This document shows positions 19,723-27,701 of a stretch of 64,000 bases of DNA, piece by piece; positions within the stretch are counted from its first letter, which is position 1, and each line of letters opens with the position of its first letter. The DNA lies in the NCBI GenBank assembly GCA_945872305.1, contig CAMCAC010000001.1:2970-66969 (forward strand). Reading direction: 5' to 3'. Origin of the DNA: Candidatus Kuenenia stuttgartensis. Lineage in GTDB: Bacteria; Planctomycetota; UBA11346. The translations under genes were made by a program, and so were the position numbers. The notes beneath the pieces are model-generated. The model was not told the origin of the DNA. It searched no databases and saw nothing but the letters and a program-made list of their open reading frames with translations.

Positions 19723-20553
19723 ATGAACGACCTGTCCGTGCCTGCGCCTGGAACTTCTCCGGATCCCTTGCGGGAACGTCTCGATCCCCCTGGGGCACGC
19801 TGGCGCGGATGGGTCCGATGGCTCGGCCTGTTCGCCTTCGCCGGTGTCATGGCCTGGGCGTGGCAGGGGGCTGAGATGCGGCCCTACGACCTGGTCGCCA
19901 ACAGCGGCAACATCGCCACCATGGGATCGGATTTCTTCCCCCCGGATTTCCACGACTGGCGGAACTACGCCGAGGAGATGGTGGTCACCGTGCACATCGC
20001 GCTGTGGGGGACCTTCCTCGCAGTGGTCGCCTCGGTGCCGCTCGGCCTCCTGTCGTCCGCCAATCTGACCCCGTGGTGGGTGCATCATCCGATCCGCCGC
20101 CTCATGGACTCCGCCCGTGCCATCAACGAACTGATCTTCGCGCTTCTGTTCATCGTCGCGGTCGGTCTTGGACCGTTCGCCGGGGTGCTCGCCCTGTTCG
20201 TCCACACCACCGGCATCCTCGCCAAGTTGTTCAGCGAGGTGGTCGAATCCATCGATCCGCGGCCGGTCGAGGGCGTCCGGGCAGCAGGGTCGTCGAAGCT
20301 CGGCGAGGTCGTGTTCGGCGTGATCCCCCAGGTGTTGCCCATGTGGGTGAGCTACGCCCTGTACCGCTTCGAATCCAATGTCAGATCGGCGACCGTCATC
20401 GGCATCGTCGGCGCCGGGGGCATCGGCATGGTGCTGCATGACCTGATGGCCTCGTTCCATTACGGCATGGCCTGCGCCGTCCTTATCATCATCGTGATCA
20501 CGGTGGTGATCATCGACATCATCTCGGCCCAGATCCGCCGTCTCCTGGTCTGA
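19723..20553 (+). CDS. phnE: PhnE, phosphonate ABC transporter permease
   Basis: Membrane protein with the ABC permease EAA-like loop and PhnE-like C-terminus (…ATVIGIVGAGGIGMVLHDLMASFHY…). Start chosen at ATG 19723 after a GGGGAG RBS; ATG 19672 is an alternative. Confidence 0.8.
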   Translation: MNDLSVPAPGTSPDPLRERLDPPGARWRGWVRWLGLFAFAGVMAWAWQGAEMRPYDLVANSGNIATMGSDFFPPDFHDWRNYAEEMVVTVHIALWGTFLAVVASVPLGLLSSANLTPWWVHHPIRRLMDSARAINELIFALLFIVAVGLGPFAGVLALFVHTTGILAKLFSEVVESIDPRPVEGVRAAGSSKLGEVVFGVIPQVLPMWVSYALYRFESNVRSATVIGIVGAGGIGMVLHDLMASFHYGMACAVLIIIVITVVIIDIISAQIRRLLV

Positions 20554-20559
20554 TCATCC

Positions 20560-20578
20560 GCATTCACGGGATCTTCAT
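20560..20578 (+). promoter_or_regulatory. PHO-box-like site (GCATTCAC ggg ATCTTCAT) between phnE and the Ser/Thr kinase gene
   Basis: Two 8-mers in 11-bp phase, ~58 bp upstream of the kinase ATG. Confidence 0.3.
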
Positions 20579-20636
20579 CGATCCCTGCGATGGTCCTCAT
20601 GCCCCGGGCCAGGGTGCGCCGGTCCAGGCAGAAACC

Positions 20637-22853
20637 GTGTCCAGCACCCGTCACGACCCCCACGCCACCATCGACCTCTCCGAGGGCACCCGTACCACGG
20701 GCGGCCATTCCGGGGACTCCTCGGCCATCCGCATCGGACCCGCCGAGGTTCGCACCACCCGGCTGCCCTACGACCTGGTCGAGGAGCTCGGGCGCGGCGG
20801 GATGGGCACCGTCATGAAGGCGCTGGACACCGCCCTGTGCCGCGAGGTGGCGGTGAAGCTGCTCACCCGCATGGGCGACGAGCGCCGCCATGCCCGCTTC
20901 CTGGCCGAGGCCCAGATCACCGGCCAGCTTGAACACCCCGGAATCGTCCCGGTCCACGGGTTCGGCACCGCCGCCGACGGGCGGCCCTGGTTCGCCATGA
21001 AGCTGGTCCGGGGCCGCACCCTGGGCGAGATCATCGCCGCCCGCCCGGTGGACCCCGGTACCCACCGTGCGTGGTCCCTGCGCCGGCTGCTGACGATCCT
21101 GGTCCAGGCGTCCCAGGCGGTGGCCTTCGCCCACAGCCGGGGGGTCGTGCACCGCGACATCAAGCCGGCCAACATCATGCTTGGAGACTTCGGCGAAGTG
21201 CTGGTCATGGACTGGGGTCTGGCGCGCATGCAGGGCGCCGGTCCCGAGGGCGCCGCCGCCGCCGGGCTGGATGCCGCCCCCGAGGTCAGCGTCGACGGCA
21301 CCGTCTGCGGGACGCCGTGCTACATGCCCCCGGAGCAGGCCCGGGGCGAGCGCGACCGGGTCGGGCCCGCGAGCGATGTCTTCGCCCTCGGGGCGACCCT
21401 GTGCGAGATCCTGTCCGGTCGGCCGCCCCTGACCGGGGCGACCGCGTCGTCGGTGGTGCGCCGGGCGGCCCGGGGCGAGGCCGTGGGACCAACCGTGGAC
21501 TGGCAGGATCGGCCGGTGCCGGCGGCCCTGGTCTCGATCTGCCGCCGGGCCCTGGCCGCGGAGCCCGGGGACCGATACCCGGGGGCCCTGGCGTTCGCGG
21601 CGGATCTTCAGGCATTCCTCGACGACCGTGGGGTCGAGGCGCATGACGGTGGCTGGTGGGACGACATCGCGAGGGCGATCCGCCGGCATCGCTCGGCGGC
21701 GGCGGTGGCGGGTGTCGCCGGCCTGCTCCTGGCCATCAGTCTGGCGTTCGGCTATCTGGCGGAGCGTCGAGCCCGGTCGGCGGCGGAATCCGAGCGGGTA
21801 CGGGCCGAGGCGGCGCTGGCCGACGCGGAGCGCCGGCGGGCGGATGCGGAGCAGGGCCGGCGCCGGGAGCGCATGCTGGTCCAGGGCGCCCGCTCCCAGG
21901 CCTGGCAGGTGGAGCGTGGCCGGGCCGCCGCCGCGATGGCCCAGGCCGCCGCCGGGCTGGAGGCGGACCGCTCGGACCGTGCCCGGGCCGCCCTCGACGC
22001 CGTTCCCGGCGAGGCCCGGGACTGGACCTGGCGGCATCTCGACGCCCGGCTCGCCGGGGTCATGCCTCGCCGGATCGCCGCCGGTGCCGGCAGCCTGGTC
22101 CCCGCCACCGAGGGGGTGCTCCTGGTCGAGGACGATGGCGGGGTCCGGCTGGTGGGGCTGCGCGGGGATACCCGGGCGGCAGCCCTGCCCCGGGCGGTGC
22201 GGGCGGTGGCCGGCGAGGGTTCCGGTCGGCAGTTCGCGGTCCTGCTCGATGGGGGCGGGCTGGCCCTCGGTGAGACCGCAGCGGGGCGCATCGCCGGCTT
22301 ACGGCCATCATCGGCGGAGCGGATCGCCCTTGGGGCCGACGGGGTGGCGGCGGTGGCCGGGCCGCTCCTGCGGTGGAGGGAGACCGACCACTCCCTGCCG
22401 GGCCGGGCCACCGCGGTGGCCGCCGGCACCGGCTGGGCGGCGGCGGCGGTCGGGGCCCAGGTGGTGGTGGCACGGCCGGAGCGGCCCCTGGCGTTGCTGG
22501 CCCTCGCCGCCACCGCGTCACGGCTCGCCGCCAGCCCGGATGGCGGGATGCTCGCGGCGGCCCATGGCCGTCGCCTGCGCATCTGGGACCTGCCGGAGGG
22601 GACCATCCATGCGGACCTGGAGGTCGAGCAGCCGGTGACGGCGGTGGCCTTCTCCCGGGACCTGGGCGTGGTTGCGGTGGGCCAGGAGGACGGCGAGGTG
22701 GTGCTCCTCGATATCGATCTCGGACTGCCCGTGCTGCGCCTGCCGGTGGGCGGTGGGGCGGTGGTCGGCATCGCCTGGAGCGCCGACGGGCGGGTGCTCG
22801 CAGCCCGGCCGGTGGTCGGGCCCCTGGTGGTGTGGACCGACCAGGGACCGTGA
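20637..22853 (+). CDS. Hanks-type Ser/Thr protein kinase with a TM helix and a C-terminal WD40-like beta-propeller
   Basis: Glycine loop LGRGGMGTVMKA, catalytic lysine AVKLL, HRDIKPANIML, and a DWG in place of DFG. The predicted TM segment is AVAGVAGLLLAISLAFGYL. C-terminal repeats are of the form LR(I/V)WD…, AVAFS…D. Confidence 0.8.
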   Translation: MSSTRHDPHATIDLSEGTRTTGGHSGDSSAIRIGPAEVRTTRLPYDLVEELGRGGMGTVMKALDTALCREVAVKLLTRMGDERRHARFLAEAQITGQLEHPGIVPVHGFGTAADGRPWFAMKLVRGRTLGEIIAARPVDPGTHRAWSLRRLLTILVQASQAVAFAHSRGVVHRDIKPANIMLGDFGEVLVMDWGLARMQGAGPEGAAAAGLDAAPEVSVDGTVCGTPCYMPPEQARGERDRVGPASDVFALGATLCEILSGRPPLTGATASSVVRRAARGEAVGPTVDWQDRPVPAALVSICRRALAAEPGDRYPGALAFAADLQAFLDDRGVEAHDGGWWDDIARAIRRHRSAAAVAGVAGLLLAISLAFGYLAERRARSAAESERVRAEAALADAERRRADAEQGRRRERMLVQGARSQAWQVERGRAAAAMAQAAAGLEADRSDRARAALDAVPGEARDWTWRHLDARLAGVMPRRIAAGAGSLVPATEGVLLVEDDGGVRLVGLRGDTRAAALPRAVRAVAGEGSGRQFAVLLDGGGLALGETAAGRIAGLRPSSAERIALGADGVAAVAGPLLRWRETDHSLPGRATAVAAGTGWAAAAVGAQVVVARPERPLALLALAATASRLAASPDGGMLAAAHGRRLRIWDLPEGTIHADLEVEQPVTAVAFSRDLGVVAVGQEDGEVVLLDIDLGLPVLRLPVGGGAVVGIAWSADGRVLAARPVVGPLVVWTDQGP

Positions 22854-22859
22854 GCTTGC

Positions 22860-24635
22860 TCAGCGCGCGTCCGCGGCGACGAAGCGGAAACCAAGGTAGG
22901 GCAGGTGGGCCCGGCCCATCAGGCCGAAGCGCCGGGCTGCCCGGGCGTCGGCGCGCTCGGTGCTCCAGGCGCCGCCCCGGGCGACCCGCTGTGCGCCGCT
23001 CGAGATGCGCCGGTCGACCACCGGCCGGGACGGATACGGGGCGAAGGCATCCACCGTCCACTCCATCACATTCCCGTGCAGGTCATGCAGGCCCCAGGCA
23101 TTGGCCGGCAGGATCGCCACCGGTCGGGTGCGCTCGGCGTTCGCCGCATCCCACATCCGCTCGACCGCGAAAGGACCCTCGGTCCCGGCCCGGCAGGCGA
23201 TCTCCCATTCCACTTCGGTGGGGAGCCGTGCACCCAGGCCCGGCACCAGGGCCTCAAGGCGCTGGCAGAAGGCCATCGCATCGTCCCAGGTCACATTCTC
23301 GACCGGCAGGTCGTCACCGGGGAACTGGCTCGGGTTGCTGCCGGTGACGGTGCGGTAGAGGGCCTGGTCGACTTCGCGGTCGAGCATCCACACCGGGGCG
23401 GACAGGGCGGCCTCAAACGGCGTTTCGTTGGCTTGCCGTCCTGGCTCGTCGGCCGGGGATCCGATGCGCATCGGAGCGGCGGCGATGCGGCGAAGGCGCA
23501 CGGTGCGATCCACCATCCGCAGATCCGCCCAGGGTCCGTGGGCGTCCTCACCGGCGGCGGTTGCCCAGGCTGGACCCGCCGGTCGGGCCGAAGGCACGGA
23601 GGCCGCGGCCGCAGGGGGTGGCGCCGGAGTGGATGGAGGCGGCGTCACCGGGTCGGCGCCACCGGAACCCAGGGCGAAGACGGTTGCGACGGTCCCGACG
23701 ACCACCAGGCCGCCGGCGATCAGGGGCCAGCGCGGTCCGCGTCGGACCACCGGCACGACGGTCGAGGCCGCTCCCACCACGGACTGGCGGCGCTGGTGCT
23801 CGATGGTCGTCATGCCCGGGGCCCTGGCTCCGCCGCCGGCGGGCCGGGCGTGCAGGGGGGAGAACCCGTGGGCCAGCCGCTCAAGATCCTCGCGCAGCTG
23901 CGCCGCGCCCGGGTAGCGGTCGTCCGCGTGCCGCGCCAGGGCCCGCCGCAGCACCGCCGCCATGCCGGGCGCGAGACCGGCGACCAGGGATTCCGGGAGC
24001 GGTGACCGGGCCCAGGCGTCGAGGTCCGCCCGCGACCGGACCGTCACCGGCCAGGCCCCGGTCACCAGGCGCAGGAGGATCACCCCGACCCCGTGAAGAT
24101 CACTGCGGGTATCGCCGGTCTCGCCGAGGATCTGCTCCGGGGCGCGCGTGGTGGCGGCCGAGGGATCGCCGCCGTCGGCGAACACGCCCAGGTCCGCGAG
24201 CACCGCCTGCTGCCCATCGCACCACACGGCCGTCGGTCCGATTCCTCGGTGGGCGATGCCGGCCGCATGCAGCACCTCCAGGGCCCGGCACAGGTCCAGG
24301 CACCAGCCGAGCCCGTCCGCCGTCGCCGGCGCCGATGCCGACAGCAGCCGGTCCAGGCGTTCCCCGTCCGGGCGGCCCTGCACCGTCCAGCAGGCATCTT
24401 CGTGTACGCCGGAGCCGAGGAGCGGCACGAGGTTGGGAGATGGGGAAAGGGCCGCCGCCGCCGTCAAGGCGGAGGACATGGCATCCACGGCCGGAATGCG
24501 TGGCCGCAGGGTGACGAGCACCGGGCGGCCGCCCAGGCGGGCGCCGTAGCGGATCGCCTCGCCGTCGCGGCCCAGCTCGCTCCAGTCGGCAAGGCCGGGA
24601 AGATCGATGGCGGCGAGGACGGGACCGGGACGCAT
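22860..24635 (-). CDS. Degenerate (pseudo)kinase domain, a TM helix, and a C-terminal FGE-sulfatase/SUMF1-like domain
   Basis: N-terminal kinase-like fold lacking canonical motifs (HRGIGPTAV instead of HRDxKPxN; ADLG instead of DFG). TM segment PLIAGGLVVVGTVATVFAL. C-terminal NAWGLHDLHGNVMEWTVD…RGGAWS matches the formylglycine-generating-enzyme family. Confidence 0.7.
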   Translation of the reverse strand: MRPGPVLAAIDLPGLADWSELGRDGEAIRYGARLGGRPVLVTLRPRIPAVDAMSSALTAAAALSPSPNLVPLLGSGVHEDACWTVQGRPDGERLDRLLSASAPATADGLGWCLDLCRALEVLHAAGIAHRGIGPTAVWCDGQQAVLADLGVFADGGDPSAATTRAPEQILGETGDTRSDLHGVGVILLRLVTGAWPVTVRSRADLDAWARSPLPESLVAGLAPGMAAVLRRALARHADDRYPGAAQLREDLERLAHGFSPLHARPAGGGARAPGMTTIEHQRRQSVVGAASTVVPVVRRGPRWPLIAGGLVVVGTVATVFALGSGGADPVTPPPSTPAPPPAAAASVPSARPAGPAWATAAGEDAHGPWADLRMVDRTVRLRRIAAAPMRIGSPADEPGRQANETPFEAALSAPVWMLDREVDQALYRTVTGSNPSQFPGDDLPVENVTWDDAMAFCQRLEALVPGLGARLPTEVEWEIACRAGTEGPFAVERMWDAANAERTRPVAILPANAWGLHDLHGNVMEWTVDAFAPYPSRPVVDRRISSGAQRVARGGAWSTERADARAARRFGLMGRAHLPYLGFRFVAADAR

Positions 24636-24679
24636 GGATGCGAGCCTCCCGCTGCCGGTGAGGATCGCGGCAAGGAAAG

Positions 24680-24698
24680 ATGAAGGTGTCGTGAACCG
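24680..24698 (-). promoter_or_regulatory. PHO-box-like site oriented toward the pseudokinase-FGE gene (minus strand: CGGTTCAC gac ACCTTCAT)
   Basis: 11-bp phased 8-mers, 45 bp from the minus-strand start. Confidence 0.35.
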
Positions 24699-24707
24699 GA
24701 GGCAGGG

Positions 24708-24737
24708 GATTTCACCACATCTTCACCGAGCCTTCAT
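24708..24737 (+). promoter_or_regulatory. PHO box upstream of the pstS-like gene: three 8-mers GATTTCAC cac ATCTTCAC cga GCCTTCAT
   Basis: Three consecutive TTCAY 8-mers at exact 11-bp spacing, 33 bp upstream of the pstS ATG. This is the best copy of the motif in the window. Confidence 0.5.
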
Positions 24738-24770
24738 GGACGCGACGACAAGGCCAGACCGGAGCCACCC

Positions 24771-26036
24771 ATGCCACGCCTCGCGCCCCTGCTCATCCTC
24801 ATCGCCACCGGCCTGTCGGCCGCGGACCGTGCCTCGATCAGCATCGACGGATCGAGCACCGTGTACCCGATCAGCCTGGCCGTGGGCGAGGCCTATGCCG
24901 CCCGCACCGGCACCGCCCTCGACATCCAGGTCACCGGATCGAGCGCCGGGCTGCGCGCCTTCATCGGCGGCAAGCTGGCCATCGCCGCCGCATCCCGGCC
25001 GATCCGCCCGGACGAGGTGGATGCCCTGCGTCGGGCCGGCATCGGGTTCCTGGAGGTGCCCATCGCCCTCGATGGCCTGACCGTGGCAGTGGGCCGTCGC
25101 AACACCTTTGTCGACCACTTGACCGTGGCCGAACTGCGCGCCCTGTGGGAGCCGGGCAGCACCGTGGCCACCTGGAACCAGGTGCGCGGCGCATTCCCGG
25201 CGGCACCGGTGGCCCTGGTCGGTCCCGGGCGCAACTCCGGCACCTTCGACTTCTTCACCGAGGTGGTCAACGGCAAGGCCCGGGCTGTGCGCGAGGTGTG
25301 GACCGGCAGCGAGGACGACAACGAGATCGTGGCGGTGCTCACCGGGGATGCCAACGCCCTCGGCTACTTCGGCTGGTCCTACTACCAGCAGAACCAGGCC
25401 CAGCTCCGCGCCATCCCGATCGACGCCGGGCACGGCCCGGTGGCCCCGTCGCGGGCTGCTATCGAGGATGGCAGTTATGTCCCCTTCTCCCGTCCCCTGT
25501 TCTATTACATCGCCGCCACCGCCATGGAGCGGCCCGAGGTGCGCGGCTTCGTCGATCTGGCCCTGGACTCCCGGCAACTCGTCGAGGAGGCGGGGTATGT
25601 CCCGCTGAGCGAGCCGGTCCTCGCGGTGGTCCGGCGCCGGGTGACCGAGCGCACCACCGGCAGCCTCTTCGCGACCATCGAAGGACACCCGCGCATCGCC
25701 GAGGTGTACCTGGGTTCCACCGCGGCCGCGGTTCCCGCCCCAGCCCCGACTCCGGTCGCAGTGGCAGTCCCGGTTACGGCTCCGACCGCTGCCCCGGCCC
25801 CGGCCCCGGTGGTGGCCCCTGTGGTCGCCCCGGTCGCGGTGGCCCCGGCCCCGGTCGCGGTGGTCCCGGCCCCGGTCCCGGTGGCGACCGCCCCTGCGAT
25901 CCCGGCGGCGGAACTGGAGCGGCTGCGTCGCCAAGCCTTCGCCCTCGCCCGGGCAACGCTTGCGGAGCAGCCGGACCCCGCGGAACTGCGCCAGCGCATC
26001 CGCGACCTCGCCGCCGTGGCGGGAGCGGCGCCGTGA
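24771..26036 (+). CDS. pstS: PstS-family periplasmic phosphate-binding protein with a ~110-aa Ala/Pro/Val-rich C-terminal extension
   Basis: Signal peptide MPRLAPLLILIATGLSAA, then PstS hallmark SISIDGSSTVYPISLAVGEAYA...VTGSSAGL...GWSYY. The tail is AVPAPAPTPVAVAVPVTAPTAAPAPAPVVAPVVAPVAVAPAPVAVVPAPVPVATAPAIP followed by a charged helix. Confidence 0.8.
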   Translation: MPRLAPLLILIATGLSAADRASISIDGSSTVYPISLAVGEAYAARTGTALDIQVTGSSAGLRAFIGGKLAIAAASRPIRPDEVDALRRAGIGFLEVPIALDGLTVAVGRRNTFVDHLTVAELRALWEPGSTVATWNQVRGAFPAAPVALVGPGRNSGTFDFFTEVVNGKARAVREVWTGSEDDNEIVAVLTGDANALGYFGWSYYQQNQAQLRAIPIDAGHGPVAPSRAAIEDGSYVPFSRPLFYYIAATAMERPEVRGFVDLALDSRQLVEEAGYVPLSEPVLAVVRRRVTERTTGSLFATIEGHPRIAEVYLGSTAAAVPAPAPTPVAVAVPVTAPTAAPAPAPVVAPVVAPVAVAPAPVAVVPAPVPVATAPAIPAAELERLRRQAFALARATLAEQPDPAELRQRIRDLAAVAGAAP

Positions 26037-26773
26037 ACCGGCAGCGGTCCGTTCTCGTCCTCGCCGCCGTCCTGGCCGCCGGGTGCCAGTCCGCCCGGCC
26101 GCACCCGCCGGCGCCGGTGCCGACGGTGGTCTCCGCCCCGGCCCTGCCGGCGGCCTGGAGCGGAATCTGGCGTTCCGACTCCGGCGCCGGCCTGGCGGTG
26201 GGCGGGGATCTCCTGCTCTGGACCGACGATGTCGGCGCCGTGGCCGAGTGGCGGCCGCGGGCGGTCCGCGCCATCGGTCCGGCCCTCGTCCTGGATCTCG
26301 CCGAGGGCACCACGGCCTTGACCCCGGGCCGGTCGGTGCGCGAGCGCCGCTTCGCCGCCCAGGCGGTGTGGACGGACGCCGACCATCTGGATCTGCATCG
26401 CCCCGGGCGTCCGTCGGTGCGGCTGTGGCGCGAGGGAGGCTCCACCTGGCTTCCGGTCCAAGCACCGGTGACGGTGGCCGGGCCGGTGGCGGCGGACCCG
26501 GATGCACGCCTGCGGGAGCGGGCCAGGGATCTCGCCGACCCGGGCTGGACCGCTGCGGCGGAGTCCCTGGTCGGCGCCGCCCGGGCCGGCGCCCGGAACG
26601 AGGAACTCGCGGCGCGGATCGATGCCATCACCCGCCGGGAGCGCCTTGCCGCCCTCGACCGGCTCGAAGCATCGATCATGGATACCTCCCTGCGACCAGG
26701 AGCCGACCGGCTTGCCGCCGATGCGGAATCCTGGCTCGTCCACGCCACCGCATGGCTGGAGTCACGGCCCTGA
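26033..26773 (+). CDS. Lipoprotein of unknown function (GTG start overlapping the pstS stop)
   Basis: (M)NRQRSVLVLAAVLAAGC lipobox, in the same operon as pstS. No recognisable domain. Confidence 0.45.
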   Translation: MNRQRSVLVLAAVLAAGCQSARPHPPAPVPTVVSAPALPAAWSGIWRSDSGAGLAVGGDLLLWTDDVGAVAEWRPRAVRAIGPALVLDLAEGTTALTPGRSVRERRFAAQAVWTDADHLDLHRPGRPSVRLWREGGSTWLPVQAPVTVAGPVAADPDARLRERARDLADPGWTAAAESLVGAARAGARNEELAARIDAITRRERLAALDRLEASIMDTSLRPGADRLAADAESWLVHATAWLESRP

Positions 26774-26774
26774 C

Positions 26775-27641
26775 ATGGCCCAGCCCAGCGATGGAGACAC
26801 CAGCCGGATCCGTCGGCTGACCCGGACCCAGACCGCGGGTACCGGCGCCCCGCTCCAGGGCGAGTTGGAGGAATATCCCTTGGCGGATGTGCTCCAGTTC
26901 CTGGCCCGGAGCCGCCGGAGCGGTCATCTGGCCCTGGAGCGCGGGGAGCCTGCCCAGACCGCCGCGGTGATCGTCCATGAGGGGGTCGTGGTGTCGGCGC
27001 GGTGTCCGCCCGCCTCCGGTGACCAGGTGGTGATCTCCCTGCTGGGCTGGCGTCATGGCCGGTTTCTCTTCCTGGCCGGTCAGGTGCCTTCGGTCGGTGA
27101 CGTGACCCAGGGACTGCCCGCCTTGCTCCTGGAGGCGGCCCGCTGGGAGGACGAGATCGGCCGAGCCCTCGCCGGGCTGCCCGGACCGGACACGGTGCTG
27201 CACCGGGTCCACGATTCCCGGCTCGTGACCACCCGGGTCAGCCGCCTGGCCTGGAACCTGCTCGGTCACGTGGATGGCGAGCACACGGTGATGGAACTGG
27301 TGCAGGGTTTCCGGACCGCCCAACCGGAGGTCGCCATCGCCCTGCGCGATCTGTGGCAGTCGGGGTTGGTGCGGGACCACGCCGACACGGGATTCCTCCG
27401 TCGCATCGCGGTGCGCCGGATGGTGCCGGCATCCGGCATCGATTCCGCCGAGGATCGTGTCCTGGCTGCGGCGGATGGCCACCGCAGCCTTGCCGATGTG
27501 CTCCTCCTGACCGGCCTGCCGGGCGAGGAGATGATCGCCACCGCGGTCCATCTCATCGAGGCATCGCGTCTGGAGATCGTGGCCGGCCACGACGCCTATC
27601 GCGACCATCTGGATCCGGGGCTTCCGGAACGGCGGTGGTGA
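26775..27641 (+). CDS. DUF4388-domain protein (PATAN-like N-terminal module)
   Basis: The N-terminus …LQGELEEYPLADVLQFLARSRRSGHLALERG… matches the DUF4388 signature (G.L..f.l.dllQ.l…k.tG.L). The ATG is 1 nt after the lipoprotein stop. Confidence 0.5.
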   Translation: MAQPSDGDTSRIRRLTRTQTAGTGAPLQGELEEYPLADVLQFLARSRRSGHLALERGEPAQTAAVIVHEGVVVSARCPPASGDQVVISLLGWRHGRFLFLAGQVPSVGDVTQGLPALLLEAARWEDEIGRALAGLPGPDTVLHRVHDSRLVTTRVSRLAWNLLGHVDGEHTVMELVQGFRTAQPEVAIALRDLWQSGLVRDHADTGFLRRIAVRRMVPASGIDSAEDRVLAAADGHRSLADVLLLTGLPGEEMIATAVHLIEASRLEIVAGHDAYRDHLDPGLPERRW

Positions 27642-27661
27642 AGGCGTCCTCGGTGCCCGCC

Positions 27662-27691
27662 GTCTTCATGATGACTTCACACGGCGTTCAC
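27662..27691 (+). promoter_or_regulatory. PHO box: GTCTTCAT gat GACTTCAC acg GCGTTCAC, immediately upstream of the phytase-like lipoprotein gene
   Basis: Three 8-mers in perfect 11-bp phase. It ends only 11-23 bp before the candidate start codons, implying a leaderless mRNA or a downstream start. Confidence 0.45.
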
Positions 27692-27701
27692 AGGCCGGGG
27701 C

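Noticed and set aside
25740-25910. Highly repetitive GCC/CCG-rich DNA, considered as a possible tandem repeat or CRISPR-like array
   Set aside because: It is in frame within the pstS-like ORF and encodes the Ala/Pro/Val-rich linker. It is a coding low-complexity region, not a non-coding array.
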